From assembly GCA_964393405.1 (NCBI GenBank), contig CAYMTR010000003.1, positions 58,915 through 122,914 of the forward strand: 64,000 bases of DNA, given 5' to 3'. Of the stretch, positions 37,187-47,700 are shown piece by piece. Within the stretch, counting starts at the first letter, position 1. Every line of letters begins with the position of its first letter. The translations under genes were made by a program, and so were the position numbers. The notes below the pieces were generated by a model. That model saw only the letters and a list, made by a program, of their open reading frames with translations, made no database searches and was not told the origin of the DNA. This DNA comes from an uncultured Prolixibacteraceae bacterium. GTDB lineage: Bacteria > Bacteroidota > Bacteroidia > Bacteroidales > Prolixibacteraceae.

Positions 37187-37798
37187 ATGGAAGATAAAGA
37201 AGATGTATACAAAACAATTGAGTTGCCTTCCGAAGGAATTTTCAAGGACAAAGGCAGTAAATTCTTAGCATTTGCTTATCCTGTCAATGACGAACAGTCA
37301 ATAAAATCAATAATCACAACTTTAAAAAAAGAACATTTTAGCGCTCGCCATCATTGTTATGCGTATCGGCTGGGTTATAACGGTGAAATTTTCAGGATGA
37401 ACGATGATGGAGAACCATCAGGTACAGCAGGCAGGCCAATACTCGGGCAGTTATTAAGTAATAACCTGACCAATATTTTAGTTGTAGTTGTCAGATATTT
37501 TGGTGGAACCCTTCTCGGAGTAAGTGGGTTAATAAATGCATATAAGAACGCCACAATTGACGTTATTTCTAATTCAGACGTAGTCAATAAAATCATAAAG
37601 AATAAGTTGCATATTGAATTCGATTATCTTAATCAGAATTCAGTAATGAAGATTATAAAGGATTATCAGCTTGAGATAGAGAAGGCTGATTATGGCATTA
37701 AATGCATGATAGATGTTAATGTCAGACAGGGTGAAACAGAAAGAGTCATTGAGAAGATTTCAAAAATTGAAGGAGTAAGAGTTTTAGATTCATTTTAA
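37187..37798 (+). CDS. yigZ: YigZ/IMPACT-family protein
   Basis: 203 aa. Motifs GSKFLAFAYPV, ARHHCYAYR and DDGEPSGTAGRPIL. Confidence 0.85.
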   Translation: MEDKEDVYKTIELPSEGIFKDKGSKFLAFAYPVNDEQSIKSIITTLKKEHFSARHHCYAYRLGYNGEIFRMNDDGEPSGTAGRPILGQLLSNNLTNILVVVVRYFGGTLLGVSGLINAYKNATIDVISNSDVVNKIIKNKLHIEFDYLNQNSVMKIIKDYQLEIEKADYGIKCMIDVNVRQGETERVIEKISKIEGVRVLDSF

Positions 37799-37925
37799 TT
37801 TAAAAAAATGAAACTGTGATGAATTTTATTGTTAAAAATTTTAACTTTATGCTTTAATGAAACGTTTGAAAAAATATAATTTAAGCTTGGGGTGCTTTAT
37901 AATCGCTGCACAAATAACAAGATTT

Positions 37926-37976
37926 ATGAAATTGCATAAAAGACCAGTAGACTCTCTATTGGTCTTTTTTATATGA
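37926..37976 (+). promoter_or_regulatory. pyrBI leader: intrinsic terminator hairpin (37941..37970) fully spanned by a 16-codon mini-ORF (MKLHKRPVDSLLVFFI)
   Basis: AGACCAGTAGA-ctc-TCTATTGGTCT (11 bp, one G-U pair) followed by T6, 44 nt upstream of the pyrB ATG. The ORF runs ATG 37926 to TGA 37974-37976. Confidence 0.5.
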
Positions 37977-38013
37977 AAATGGTCGATATATATAAGAGTT
38001 AAAAATTTCAAAA

Positions 38014-38925
38014 ATGCAGAAACGAGATTTAATATCTATTACAGACTTTAACAAAGAGGATTACTTAAGGATTATGGAGCTTGCAACCGAGTTCGAAAAT
38101 AATCCTAATCAAGATTTGCTTAAAGGAAAGATTGTTGCGACATTGTTTTTTGAACCTTCAACCAGAACAAGGCTAAGTTTCGAAACAGCAATAAATAGAA
38201 TTGGGGGCAGGGTTATAGGTTTTTCCGATTCATCATCTTCAAGTGTGTCGAAAGGTGAAACTCTTCATGACACGATTAGGATGGTAAGTAATTATGCTGA
38301 TCTAATCGTTATGAGACATCCACTTGAAGGAAGTGCAAGGTATGCCAGTGAGATTTCATCAGTCCCCGTAATAAATGCCGGAGATGGAGCAAATCAGCAT
38401 CCTTCTCAGACATTGCTTGATATGTATTCAATCATGAAAACTCAGGGTCGTCTCGACAATATTAATATTTTCATGGTTGGTGACTTAAAATATGGAAGAA
38501 CAGTACATTCTTTATTAATGGCTTTATCTGAATTTGAAAGCCCGATTTTTAACTTCATTGCACCCCCGGAGTTGAAGATGCCGGTTGAATATAAACGCTT
38601 TCTTCATAGTAAGGGAATAAAATACTATGAACACTCTGAGTTTACTGATATAATTTCAGAAGCCGATATTATATATATGACAAGAGTTCAGAAGGAAAGG
38701 TTTACTGATCCTATTGAATACGAGAAAGTTAAGAATATTTATATTCTGAAGAATAAGATGCTTAAGAATACAAAACCTAATGTTAAGATTCTTCACCCAC
38801 TGCCAAGAGTAAATGAAATTCATACAGATGTAGATTCAAATCCAAAGGCTTATTATTTTACTCAAGCTTTAAATGGAGTATATACGAGGCAGGCTATAAT
38901 TTCACATATCATGGGATTAAAATAA
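38014..38925 (+). CDS. pyrB: Aspartate carbamoyltransferase catalytic subunit
   Basis: 303 aa. Motifs STRTRLSFE and HPLPR. Confidence 0.96.
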   Translation: MQKRDLISITDFNKEDYLRIMELATEFENNPNQDLLKGKIVATLFFEPSTRTRLSFETAINRIGGRVIGFSDSSSSSVSKGETLHDTIRMVSNYADLIVMRHPLEGSARYASEISSVPVINAGDGANQHPSQTLLDMYSIMKTQGRLDNINIFMVGDLKYGRTVHSLLMALSEFESPIFNFIAPPELKMPVEYKRFLHSKGIKYYEHSEFTDIISEADIIYMTRVQKERFTDPIEYEKVKNIYILKNKMLKNTKPNVKILHPLPRVNEIHTDVDSNPKAYYFTQALNGVYTRQAIISHIMGLK

Positions 38926-38936
38926 AATTATAATTT

Positions 38937-39389
38937 ATGAATAAAGCACTACAAGTAAGCGCAATAAAAGAAGGAACTGTCATTGACCATATACCGGCAG
39001 ACAGACTTTTTGATGTAATCAACATCCTTGGATTATTCAATATTCAAGAGATGATTACATTCGGGACTAATCTTGATAGCAAACAACTTGGGAAAAAAGG
39101 AATAATAAAAGTAGCTAACCGTTTTTTTGATGGTGCAGAAATAGATAAAATTGCCCTTGTTGCGCCCCATGCGAAATTAAATACGATTAAGAACTTCGAG
39201 GTTGTAGATAAACGGGTTGTTGAATTGCCTGCAGAGATATATAATATAGTCAAGTGTTTTAATCCAAAATGCATTACTAACGACGAAAAGATTAAGACTA
39301 GGTTTACTGTTGTATCTGAGAATCCTGTTGAGTTAAAATGCAAGTATTGTGAGAAAATTACTTACGAAGATCAAGTGATAATTAAGTGA
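38937..39389 (+). CDS. pyrI: Aspartate carbamoyltransferase regulatory subunit
   Basis: 150 aa. Zn-binding cysteines CFNPKC and CKYC. Directly after pyrB. Confidence 0.95.
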   Translation: MNKALQVSAIKEGTVIDHIPADRLFDVINILGLFNIQEMITFGTNLDSKQLGKKGIIKVANRFFDGAEIDKIALVAPHAKLNTIKNFEVVDKRVVELPAEIYNIVKCFNPKCITNDEKIKTRFTVVSENPVELKCKYCEKITYEDQVIIK

Positions 39390-39850
39390 TGAAGAAGAGA
39401 GATTTAAAGGGAATTATTCACGAAGTTAGAAATGTGTTGTGCTGTTATAATGGCAGAGATGAGATTCTAAGTGAAGTTGCTTTATTGTTGAAAGAAAAGA
39501 TTTCTCATTATAATTGGGTGGGATTTTATATTCTAACGGCTGAAAAGGATATGTTATATCTTGGACCTTTTGCAGGAGAACCGACAATACATACTTCCAT
39601 TCCGGTTGGTAAAGGTATTTGTGGGCAAGTTGCTGTAAATAAGGAGACGATGATAGTACAGGATGTAAATAGTCAGGAGAATTACTTGTCATGTAGTATT
39701 GATGTGAAATCTGAAATAGTAGTTCCGATATTTAAAAATAACAGTTTTATAGCTGAATTAGATATTGATTCTCACACCAAATCTCCATTTACCGATATTG
39801 ATAAAAAGATTCTTGAAGAGATTTGCAAGGAACTTTCAGTAGTATTTTGA
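39389..39850 (+). CDS. GAF-domain protein (free methionine-R-sulfoxide reductase / YebR-like)
   Basis: About 153 aa, single GAF domain with the motif GKGICGQVA. The ATG overlaps the pyrI TGA (ATGA). Confidence 0.75.
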   Translation: MKKRDLKGIIHEVRNVLCCYNGRDEILSEVALLLKEKISHYNWVGFYILTAEKDMLYLGPFAGEPTIHTSIPVGKGICGQVAVNKETMIVQDVNSQENYLSCSIDVKSEIVVPIFKNNSFIAELDIDSHTKSPFTDIDKKILEEICKELSVVF

Positions 39851-39868
39851 AATAAATATACAAACTAA

Positions 39869-40717
39869 ATGATTCTATTAGCTGAAAGCGGATCTACCAA
39901 AACTCAGTGGTGCACTGTGGAAAAGGATAAAATTGATTATCTTGTTAATACGCAGGGCATTAATCCTTTAATGTTGAGTTCTGATGATATTGAAGATATT
40001 ATAAGACCTGTAAGTGCCACTTTAGATGTAAAAAGTATTCAAGCTGTTTATTACTTCGGGGCAGGTTGTTCTTTGGTACAAGCAAAAGAAAAGATTAGAA
40101 AATCAATTTTCAATATTTTTAGATGTAAAGATATTTTTGTTGACACAGATCTTATTGCTGCCTGTCTTGCTCTGGCAGGGAATAAACCTGCAATTATTGG
40201 ATTACTTGGTACCGGTTCAAATTCATGTTTGTGGAGTGGAAACGAAATAGTACAGAAAGTACCCTCGTTAGGCTATATAATAGGTGATGAGGGTGGTGGC
40301 GTTTCAATAGGTAAACAGTTGTTGTCAGACTTTCTGAAAAATCAAATGCCACTTAAGCTTCGGCTTAAATTTCATGATAAATATGATGTGTCTGTAGATA
40401 TTGCATTAGAAAGAATATATCAGATGCCAATGCCTAATAAGTACTTAGCAGGATTTGCACCTTTTGCTGAGATATTTATCGATCATGAATATTGCAAAAG
40501 CATAGTAAGAAGTCAGATTGAAAGTTTTATTACCAGAAATATTCTTCAATATTTAAGATATTCTGAATTTGAAATTATGTTTTGCGGTTCAATAGCTTTT
40601 TCTCATATTGATATTCTCAGGGATGTATGTGAAAGTTATGGATTAAACTTAGGGAAGGTTGTAAAAGAACCGATATGCGATCTGGCGGTATATCTAAAAG
40701 ATAAGGTTATAAATTAA
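39869..40717 (+). CDS. BadF/BadG/BcrA/BcrD-type ATPase (N-acetylglucosamine-kinase-like)
   Basis: 282 aa. Motifs MILLAESGSTKT, GLLGTGSNS and IIGDEGGG. Confidence 0.75.
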   Translation: MILLAESGSTKTQWCTVEKDKIDYLVNTQGINPLMLSSDDIEDIIRPVSATLDVKSIQAVYYFGAGCSLVQAKEKIRKSIFNIFRCKDIFVDTDLIAACLALAGNKPAIIGLLGTGSNSCLWSGNEIVQKVPSLGYIIGDEGGGVSIGKQLLSDFLKNQMPLKLRLKFHDKYDVSVDIALERIYQMPMPNKYLAGFAPFAEIFIDHEYCKSIVRSQIESFITRNILQYLRYSEFEIMFCGSIAFSHIDILRDVCESYGLNLGKVVKEPICDLAVYLKDKVIN

Positions 40718-41277
40718 TTTTTCGAATCAGTATTGCGCCATTCTGAATCTATCTTTTTTATAATATGTTCAGTCATTGGATTTTTCTCTTCTTTGTATTC
40801 AGATTTAAGCGATGCCAGAAAAAAAGTTGCGGTCACATTCCATATTGCTGCTCTAAACCCGTTTCGATATTCTCTCAATAAATCATATGGAGTTTTATCG
40901 AATTCGCGATCTATTAATTTTAAAAGAAGACGACCTTGTCTTGGAGTTAATCCACCAAGTAAATGAAAATACTTTTCTTTCATGTGATTCTCACACCACT
41001 TTAAATATTCTTTTTTTCTATCACCTTCGTATAAATAAGTTTCTGAATTAATTCTGTCGTATTCTTTTCTTATGATTATTAAAAGAGGATACACCTTTCT
41101 TAAATCCTGTTCAAGTATCTTATATTTTTTTTCTTCGTTTTTATTTTTGAATTCGTATTCCTTAATTACTGTAATTTCATCCAATTCAAAAGAGGGTATA
41201 TATTGATTTAATGAGTCCTGAGACTGGGCGATATAAGGAATAAAACTAAGTAGTATTATAAATTTCAACAGTTTCAT
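40714..41277 (-). CDS. Secreted hypothetical protein (possibly DUF4294-like)
   Basis: 187 aa with a signal peptide. The family assignment is from memory and unverified. Confidence 0.5.
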   Translation of the reverse strand: MKLLKFIILLSFIPYIAQSQDSLNQYIPSFELDEITVIKEYEFKNKNEEKKYKILEQDLRKVYPLLIIIRKEYDRINSETYLYEGDRKKEYLKWCENHMKEKYFHLLGGLTPRQGRLLLKLIDREFDKTPYDLLREYRNGFRAAIWNVTATFFLASLKSEYKEEKNPMTEHIIKKIDSEWRNTDSKN

Positions 41278-41348
41278 TTCGGGTTTAAAGATAGCATTTA
41301 TTATATAAAGAGAATCTATTTTTGATTGTGAAGCTTCAGTTTGGATGT

Positions 41349-41509
41349 GACGAACGTCAATATTGTTTACATGAATGGATGAATTTCTTAGACGAACGAT
41401 AATTTAGAATAATTTCAAATTGTAGAAAATTTGTAAAAATTATTTATTTACAAGTCGTTGAGTTAAACATAGTTTCAATTGACGAATGGCTCCAGGGGTG
41501 TGACGAACG
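41349..41509. promoter_or_regulatory. Array of four GACGAA(C/T)G motifs in a divergent intergenic region
   Basis: GACGAACG at 41349, 41391 and 41502; GACGAATG at 41481. Two copies extend to TGTGACGAACG, each followed about 13 nt later by CATGAA-N-GATG. Spacings are 42, 90 and 21 bp. Confidence 0.5.
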
Positions 41510-41618
41510 AGTCTTTTGCTTCCATGAAGTGATGTTTCATGTGATTTTTTTTTTAATTTTATAGTAAATGATTTTTTTATCATTTTCTGGGAGTTTAAAA
41601 AATTAGTGGGTGAGTAAG

Positions 41619-42395
41619 ATGGATAGGCTGATAATCATATTTCTTTTTCTCGTTGCAAGTATGGAAGTATTTGCAAGCGGTAATAATAACGAAATATACA
41701 ATGCTAGTCCGGCAGTTAGGAACACTCTTCAATATGGTTTCGATCAAGTATATTCAACTGAGATAATTGAGCAAGCTAATTTTTCTGATGATTTTAATTT
41801 ACCAAAATTGCGTACATTCTGGAATATCAATAGTGGTGAAATAAATTTCACACTTAACGAAAGGCCCGGCTATTTAAGATTAAAATCTACAAAAGAGAAA
41901 TCAATAGAATCTTTAAAAATTCAGAATACTATTTCACAAAAGATACAGAAAAACATCATTGGGGAAGCCGTGAGCTATATAGATTTATCAAATCTTAACG
42001 AAGGTTCGCTTACGGGCTTATATTTTAAAGAAGAAAAAATTAACTATATAGGAATTAGAGTAATAGGAGGTAAGAACTTTTTAGTTTCAGAGGTTAGCGG
42101 AAAAGAATCAAAAAGGGTTGAGATTACTGATAATGCATTGATGTTGAGGGTGAATATAGATAATTTGGTTTGCTGGTTTGAGTATAGTGTTGATGGATTC
42201 AATTTCAGTGAATTAGGTTCCGGTTTTCAAATCAAGCAGAAGGAAGGAACAGATAATTATGTTGGGATATTTTGTATTAATAGCCAGCAGGAAGGCGGAG
42301 TAGTTGATGTTGACTGGTTCTATTTCAAGCCAACTACTGAAATTTCCACACAATTCGCAGAGACAGGGGGAAAGATAATTAACCCCACTTTATAA
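41619..42395 (+). CDS. Secreted stand-alone concanavalin-A-like (GH43 C-terminal-like) domain protein
   Basis: Signal peptide MDRLIIIFLFLVASMEVFA. The segment LRTFWNINSGEINFTLNERPGYLRLKS resembles the beta-xylosidase C-terminal lectin-like domain. No catalytic domain is present. Confidence 0.55.
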   Translation: MDRLIIIFLFLVASMEVFASGNNNEIYNASPAVRNTLQYGFDQVYSTEIIEQANFSDDFNLPKLRTFWNINSGEINFTLNERPGYLRLKSTKEKSIESLKIQNTISQKIQKNIIGEAVSYIDLSNLNEGSLTGLYFKEEKINYIGIRVIGGKNFLVSEVSGKESKRVEITDNALMLRVNIDNLVCWFEYSVDGFNFSELGSGFQIKQKEGTDNYVGIFCINSQQEGGVVDVDWFYFKPTTEISTQFAETGGKIINPTL

Positions 42396-42416
42396 AAGAG
42401 AGGAATTTTAAAGGGG

Positions 42417-42449
42417 AAGGCTATTCTAGTAGGATAGCCTTTATTTTTT
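42417..42449 (+). terminator. Terminator after the ConA-like gene
   Basis: AAGGCTAT-tctagtagg-ATAGCCTT followed by TATTTTTT. Confidence 0.7.
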
Positions 42450-42525
42450 ATATCCTTTTTTAAATTTGTATTTTTAGGTTTTTTATAATCGCATTTTCAT
42501 AAAAAAGTTTTTAAAATCCTCAAGA

Positions 42526-43410
42526 TTGGAGCTGTTTAAAAATATACCTGTTTATAGTTTGCAGTCGTTTAGCATGCCAGCTAAGAAGAGTCAGCAATTT
42601 CAGGCGGAAATCTTTGATGCAAACCGACATTTTGAAGTAAAATATCCACACAGACATGATTTTTTTGAAGTTCTCTACATTGCTAAAGGCTCAGGATTTC
42701 ATGTGATTGATAATAACAAGTATGATATTAAACCCCCTTGTGTTTTCTTTCTTTCACCGGGACAAGCCCACAAACTTGAATTATCAAAAGATATTGACGG
42801 CTATATTTTTATCTTCAATCCCGAATTCTACCTGATTGATAAATCTAATCAGAACAAGCTGATTGAATTTCCTTTCTTTTATACTATTCTTCAGAATAAT
42901 CCACCCTTGCTATTATATGCATTTGAAAATGTGAAATTTATAGAAGGGCTTTTTTTTAAAGCTGTAAATGAAACTTTAAAGGAAGAAGGGGGATCTGTTG
43001 AATTGATGCGTTCCATTTTAGATCTTATTTTAACTTTCTGCGCTTTATTATATCCTGTCGATTATAGTTTTAAAAATATTGGCAAGAGTCATATGCTAAT
43101 TAAGAAATTCTATCAAATATTGGAAGAAAATTTTTACAAGAACCTCCCGATAAATAAATACGCAGATATGCTGGCAGTCACGCCAAATCATTTGACACAA
43201 ACTTTAAGAATGTTTACCGGACGTACTTCAATTGAAATTGTTAAATCAAAGCAAATTTTAGAGGTTAAGAGATTACTCACACATACAAATTTGAATATAA
43301 GTGAGATTGCCTCTCAAATGAATTTTGCTGATCAATCTTACTTTTCGAAATTTTTTAAAAGAGAAACAGGTTTGTCGCCCCATTCATTCAGGCAAATGAA
43401 TCAGAAATGA
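42526..43410 (+). CDS. AraC-family transcriptional regulator (cupin-like sensor N-terminus plus HTH)
   Basis: 294 aa. C-terminal HTH ISEIASQMNFADQSYFSKFFKRETGLSP. The first start codon is TTG; an alternative ATG is at 42574. Confidence 0.85.
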   Translation: MELFKNIPVYSLQSFSMPAKKSQQFQAEIFDANRHFEVKYPHRHDFFEVLYIAKGSGFHVIDNNKYDIKPPCVFFLSPGQAHKLELSKDIDGYIFIFNPEFYLIDKSNQNKLIEFPFFYTILQNNPPLLLYAFENVKFIEGLFFKAVNETLKEEGGSVELMRSILDLILTFCALLYPVDYSFKNIGKSHMLIKKFYQILEENFYKNLPINKYADMLAVTPNHLTQTLRMFTGRTSIEIVKSKQILEVKRLLTHTNLNISEIASQMNFADQSYFSKFFKRETGLSPHSFRQMNQK

Positions 43411-43678
43411 AACTTTCAAAAGAAGCATTCAATTTTTTAATAATAATTCTTTCCGACACATGAAATTGACATCCTTAATACTATATAGGTTGAATGGCTA
43501 AACTGTTGTATTATAATTGTCTTGTTTTAGTCATGTTTTAGTACTCTTTTTGAAATCTTTGAAAATTACCTAAAATTGCTGTTTTATTACTCTAATATGA
43601 ATGAATAATTTAGTTGCTTTGTATAATCTTTTATAGGCGTGAATTTTAAAATTTAAATAAATCAAAAATTTAAATAGT

Positions 43679-45157
43679 ATGTCAAATTATTTCAATTCAA
43701 TTCCTTTGCGTGTTCAATTAGATCAGCTAGGAAAATGTGATTTCATGGATAACTCTGAATTTTCAAACGGAGTAGATAAATTAAAAGGTAAGAAAATTGT
43801 TATTTTAGGTTGTGGAGCTCAGGGTTTTGCTCAAGGCTTAAATATGAGAGACAGTGGACTCGACATTTCATATGCTTTAAGGAAAATTGAAATTGATGAA
43901 AAACAAATTTCTTATGTAAACGCATCTGAAAATGGATTTAAGGTAGGTACTTTTGAAGAGATTATTCCTACTGCGGATCTCGTTTTGAACCTAACACCAG
44001 ACAAGTATCATACACCTGTTGTAAACGCAGCAATGCCTCTTATGAAGAAGGGATCATGTCTTTCATATTCTCATGGTTTTAACATTGTTGAAGAAGGCAT
44101 TCAGATTCGTCCTGACATTACAGTTATTATGGTTGCACCCAAGTCTCCGGCATCTGAAGTAAGAGCTGAATTTCTTAGAGGTTTTGGAGTTCCTACATTA
44201 ATTGCAGTGCATAGAGAAAATGATCCAAATGGTGACGGACTTGAAATAGCTAAAGCATATTGTGTTGCTACCGGAGGTCATAAAGCAGGTGTTTTACATT
44301 CTTCTTTTGTGGCTGAAGTGAAGTCAGACCTTATGGGAGAACAAACAATACTTTGTGGAGTATTACAGTCAGCTTCATTATTGTGTTTTGATAAAATGAT
44401 TGAAAAAGGTATTAATCCTGAATATGCTTCAAAATTTGTTCAACACGGATGGGAAGTAGTTACAGAAGCTTTAAAGCTTGGTGGTATTACTCATATGATG
44501 GATCGTTTAAGTAATCCAGCAAAAGTAGAATGTTACAAGCTTTCTGATGAACTTAAAAGAATTATGCGTCCTCTTTATGAGAAACATATGGACAACATCA
44601 TGAGTGGTGTTTTCTCTTCGACAATGATGGAAGACTGGAAAGTAGGCGATAAGGATTTACTAAAATGGAGAGCAGCAACAGCAGAAACAGCGTTTGAAAA
44701 AACTCCTGCAGCTGCTACTGAAATAAGTGAACAAGAATACTTTGATAAAGGAACTTTAATGGTTGCTTTTATTAAAGCCGGAGTTGAATTGGCGTTTGAA
44801 GTAATGACTGAAACAGGCATTAAAGCAGAATCAGCTTATTATGAATCACTTCATGAAACACCTCTTATTGCAAATACTATTGCAAGGAAGAAGTTATATG
44901 AAATGAACCGCGTTATTTCAGATACCGCTGAATATGGTTGTTATTTGTTTGATCATGCATGCAGACCATTATTGGCTGATTTCATGAGCAAAATTGATGT
45001 AAATGTTATAGGTAAAAATTATAACGAAGGCAAAGACGGTCATGTTGATAATTTAGAACTTATTGCAATAAATGAAGAAATCCGCTATCATGAAGTAGAA
45101 ATAGTTGGAGCTGAATTGAGAAGTGCAATGGAAGCAATGAAAGCAATTATTAATTAG
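43679..45157 (+). CDS. ilvC: Ketol-acid reductoisomerase, long (class II, E. coli-like) form
   Basis: 492 aa. The N-terminus [23 protein letters not shown]...GCGAQG closely resembles E. coli IlvC. Confidence 0.95.
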   Translation: MSNYFNSIPLRVQLDQLGKCDFMDNSEFSNGVDKLKGKKIVILGCGAQGFAQGLNMRDSGLDISYALRKIEIDEKQISYVNASENGFKVGTFEEIIPTADLVLNLTPDKYHTPVVNAAMPLMKKGSCLSYSHGFNIVEEGIQIRPDITVIMVAPKSPASEVRAEFLRGFGVPTLIAVHRENDPNGDGLEIAKAYCVATGGHKAGVLHSSFVAEVKSDLMGEQTILCGVLQSASLLCFDKMIEKGINPEYASKFVQHGWEVVTEALKLGGITHMMDRLSNPAKVECYKLSDELKRIMRPLYEKHMDNIMSGVFSSTMMEDWKVGDKDLLKWRAATAETAFEKTPAAATEISEQEYFDKGTLMVAFIKAGVELAFEVMTETGIKAESAYYESLHETPLIANTIARKKLYEMNRVISDTAEYGCYLFDHACRPLLADFMSKIDVNVIGKNYNEGKDGHVDNLELIAINEEIRYHEVEIVGAELRSAMEAMKAIIN

Positions 45158-45175
45158 AACGATATATAAGTATTT

Positions 45176-45209
45176 AAAAAGCCCCATCTACATCAGATGG
45201 GGCTTTTTT
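45176..45209. terminator. Bidirectional terminator between ilvC and miaB
   Basis: AAAAAGCCCCATCT-acatc-AGATGGGGCTTTTT. Confidence 0.85.
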
Positions 45210-45211
45210 AT

Positions 45212-46534
45212 TTAAATTTCCACCCCAATCAATGTGGTTTGAGTACATCTTTCAATCCTTACCTTAACAAAGTCGCCAATTTTTGTATTTTGAGAAGGGA
45301 AAACTACGACCTTGTTTTGTTGAGTCCTGCCATAAAATTCTTCTTTAGATTTCTTTGATAAACCCTCGACCAGAACTTCAAATACTTTACCAATATCTTT
45401 TTTATTGTTTTCAAGAGATATTCTACTTTGCAATTTGATAATTCTTTCGAGCCTTTCAGATTTTATTTCTTCTGGAACATCATCCTTAAGATGTTTAGCA
45501 GCATAGGTTCCGGGTCTTTCAGAATATTTGAACATGAAAGCAGAATCAAATTTGACGATTTCCATAAGAGATAAAGTATCGAGAAAATCTTCTTCTGTTT
45601 CAGAGCTAAATCCGCAAAAAACATCAGTGCTAAGCCCACAGTCAGGTATGATGGTTTTAATTGCTTCAATCCTCTTTAAATACCATTCTCGGTCATATTT
45701 ACGATTCATTAAATTAAGAATTTTTGTGCTTCCTGCTTGAAATGGTAAATGGATATGATTGCAGATATTAGAATGTTCAGAAATTACTTTTAAAAGTTTA
45801 TCCGAGATATCCTTTGGATGCGAAGTTGTAAATCTTATACGCATTTCCGGTCGATTTTCTGCTATCATTTTGAGCAGGTCTGGAAATCTTACATTTTTAC
45901 GGTCGTCAATTTCCCATTTATATGAATTAACATTCTGTCCGAGTAATGTTACTTCCTTATACCCACTTTTGTATAGGTCATTAACCTCATTAAGAATGTC
46001 GTTATAATCACGACTACGTTCTCTTCCTCTTGTATAAGGAACGATGCAATATGTACAGAAATTATTACATCCGCGTGTTATTGAGACAAATCCGGTAACT
46101 GAATTTTTATTTATTCGAGCTGGAATAAGATTGTCGTATGTTTCATTGGTTGTCAGCTCTACGTTTATAGCTTCTTCTCCATTTTTGGCCTTATCGACAA
46201 GATAAGGCAGATCCCTGTATGAATCGGGGCCGGCAACTATGTCTACAACTTTCTTCTCAATTAACTCGTGAGCTAATCTTTCAGCCATACAACCTATCAT
46301 TCCTATTAATAGATTTTTATTTTTCTTTTTATAAGAATTGAAAAGGTTAAGTCTGCCCCATATTCTTTGTTCGGCATTATCTCTTACTGAGCATGTATTT
46401 AGCAATATTATGTCCGCCTCTTTTTCATTTTCTGTTAATTCATAATCAACACTTGATAAAATCGCTGCTACAACCTCACTATCTGCCACATTCATTTGGC
46501 ATCCGTATGTTTCTATATAAAATTTCTTAGTCAT
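45212..46534 (-). CDS. miaB: tRNA-i6A37 methylthiotransferase (radical SAM)
   Basis: 440 aa. N-terminus YIETYGCQMN, radical-SAM motif CNNFCTYC, C-terminal TRAM domain. Confidence 0.92.
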   Translation of the reverse strand: MTKKFYIETYGCQMNVADSEVVAAILSSVDYELTENEKEADIILLNTCSVRDNAEQRIWGRLNLFNSYKKKNKNLLIGMIGCMAERLAHELIEKKVVDIVAGPDSYRDLPYLVDKAKNGEEAINVELTTNETYDNLIPARINKNSVTGFVSITRGCNNFCTYCIVPYTRGRERSRDYNDILNEVNDLYKSGYKEVTLLGQNVNSYKWEIDDRKNVRFPDLLKMIAENRPEMRIRFTTSHPKDISDKLLKVISEHSNICNHIHLPFQAGSTKILNLMNRKYDREWYLKRIEAIKTIIPDCGLSTDVFCGFSSETEEDFLDTLSLMEIVKFDSAFMFKYSERPGTYAAKHLKDDVPEEIKSERLERIIKLQSRISLENNKKDIGKVFEVLVEGLSKKSKEEFYGRTQQNKVVVFPSQNTKIGDFVKVRIERCTQTTLIGVEI

Positions 46535-46667
46535 CTGATTTAAAATTGAGTGGCAAATTTAATTTAGATTTACCAATAAACATTATTCTGATAGAAAACG
46601 TTCATCTTTATAATAAGAATTTCATTTTAATAGTATTCAAAAAATAAGATAAATCTTGCATATGGAC

Positions 46668-46695
46668 AATAAAAAAGGCTCCAAAAGGAGCCTTT
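46668..46695 (-). terminator. Terminator of floA
   Basis: On the minus strand AAAGGCTCC-tttt-GGAGCCTTT followed by TTTAT. Confidence 0.75.
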
Positions 46696-46716
46696 GATTT
46701 TCGTTGGTCATTATAA

Positions 46717-47694
46717 TTATTCCTTCTTCTTGGGTTGATCTCCCGAGATGGAATCTCTCATATTAGTGTCGGATTCAATATTTTTAAATTTCATATAATC
46801 CATTATTCCTAAATTTCCTGAACGGAAAGCTTCCGAAATTGCCAGTGGAATTTGTGCTTCAGCTTCGATTACTTTAGCTCTTGCTTCTTGGGCTTTAGCT
46901 TTCATTTCCTGTTCAACAGCAACAGCCATTGCTCTTCTTTCTTCGGCTTTTGCTTGTGCAATATTCTTATCAGCTTCAGCTTGGTCCATTTGAAGGTAAG
47001 CACCTATGTTTTTACCTATGTCAATATCTGCTATATCAATTGAAAGAATTTCAAACGCTGTTCCAGCGTCAAGTCCTTTTTCTAATACAACTTTTGATAT
47101 TGAATCAGGGTTCTCAAGGACAGATTTATGAGATTGAGAAGATCCAATCGAAGAAACGATGCCTTCACCAACCCTGGCTAAAACAGTTTCTTCTCCAGCA
47201 CCTCCTACAAGTTGTTTGATACTGGCACGAACAGTAACCCGCGCTTTACAAATCAACTGAATTCCATCCTTTGCAACGGCGGATACAGGAGGAGTATTGA
47301 TAACCTTTGGATTAACAGACATTCTTACTGCTTCAAGAACATCCCTACCTGCAAGGTCAATTGCAGTAGCCATCTTGAAAGATAAATCGATATTTGCTTT
47401 TTCAGCAGAAACAAGAGCGTGAACAACATTTTCAACATGCCCACCTGCAAGAAAGTGAGCTTCTAACTCATCTCTTTTTACTGTCGCTAAACCAGCTTTA
47501 TGAGCTTCAATCATTGCCCTGACTATTGTTCCGGGTGGTACTTTTCTGAATCGCATAAGGAACAACTGTAAAAGTGAAATCCTTACACCTGATACTAAAG
47601 CTGAAAACCATATCCCTATTGGAACAAAATAGAGAAGTATGAAAAGCAAAATTATTGCACCGATGATTATCAGCATTGATGTTAATTGAATCAT
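46717..47694 (-). CDS. floA: Flotillin-like protein FloA (SPFH, UPF0365)
   Basis: 325 aa. N-terminal TM segment followed by [21 protein letters not shown], and an Ala/Glu-rich coiled C-terminus. Confidence 0.88.
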   Translation of the reverse strand: MIQLTSMLIIIGAIILLFILLYFVPIGIWFSALVSGVRISLLQLFLMRFRKVPPGTIVRAMIEAHKAGLATVKRDELEAHFLAGGHVENVVHALVSAEKANIDLSFKMATAIDLAGRDVLEAVRMSVNPKVINTPPVSAVAKDGIQLICKARVTVRASIKQLVGGAGEETVLARVGEGIVSSIGSSQSHKSVLENPDSISKVVLEKGLDAGTAFEILSIDIADIDIGKNIGAYLQMDQAEADKNIAQAKAEERRAMAVAVEQEMKAKAQEARAKVIEAEAQIPLAISEAFRSGNLGIMDYMKFKNIESDTNMRDSISGDQPKKKE

Positions 47695-47700
47695 GATTTA

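Noticed and set aside
37941-37965. Resemblance of the pyrB leader hairpin (ACCAGUAGACUC) to a PyrR-binding loop (CCAGAGAGG-type).
   Set aside because: The match beyond CCAG requires an indel and several mismatches. No pyrR gene is visible in the window. This is not enough to call a PyrR site.
43460-43501. Mini-ORF MKLTSLILYRLNG upstream of ilvC as a possible second branched-chain leader peptide.
   Set aside because: It has only a modest Leu/Ile content. I could find no downstream terminator or alternative helices between it and ilvC.
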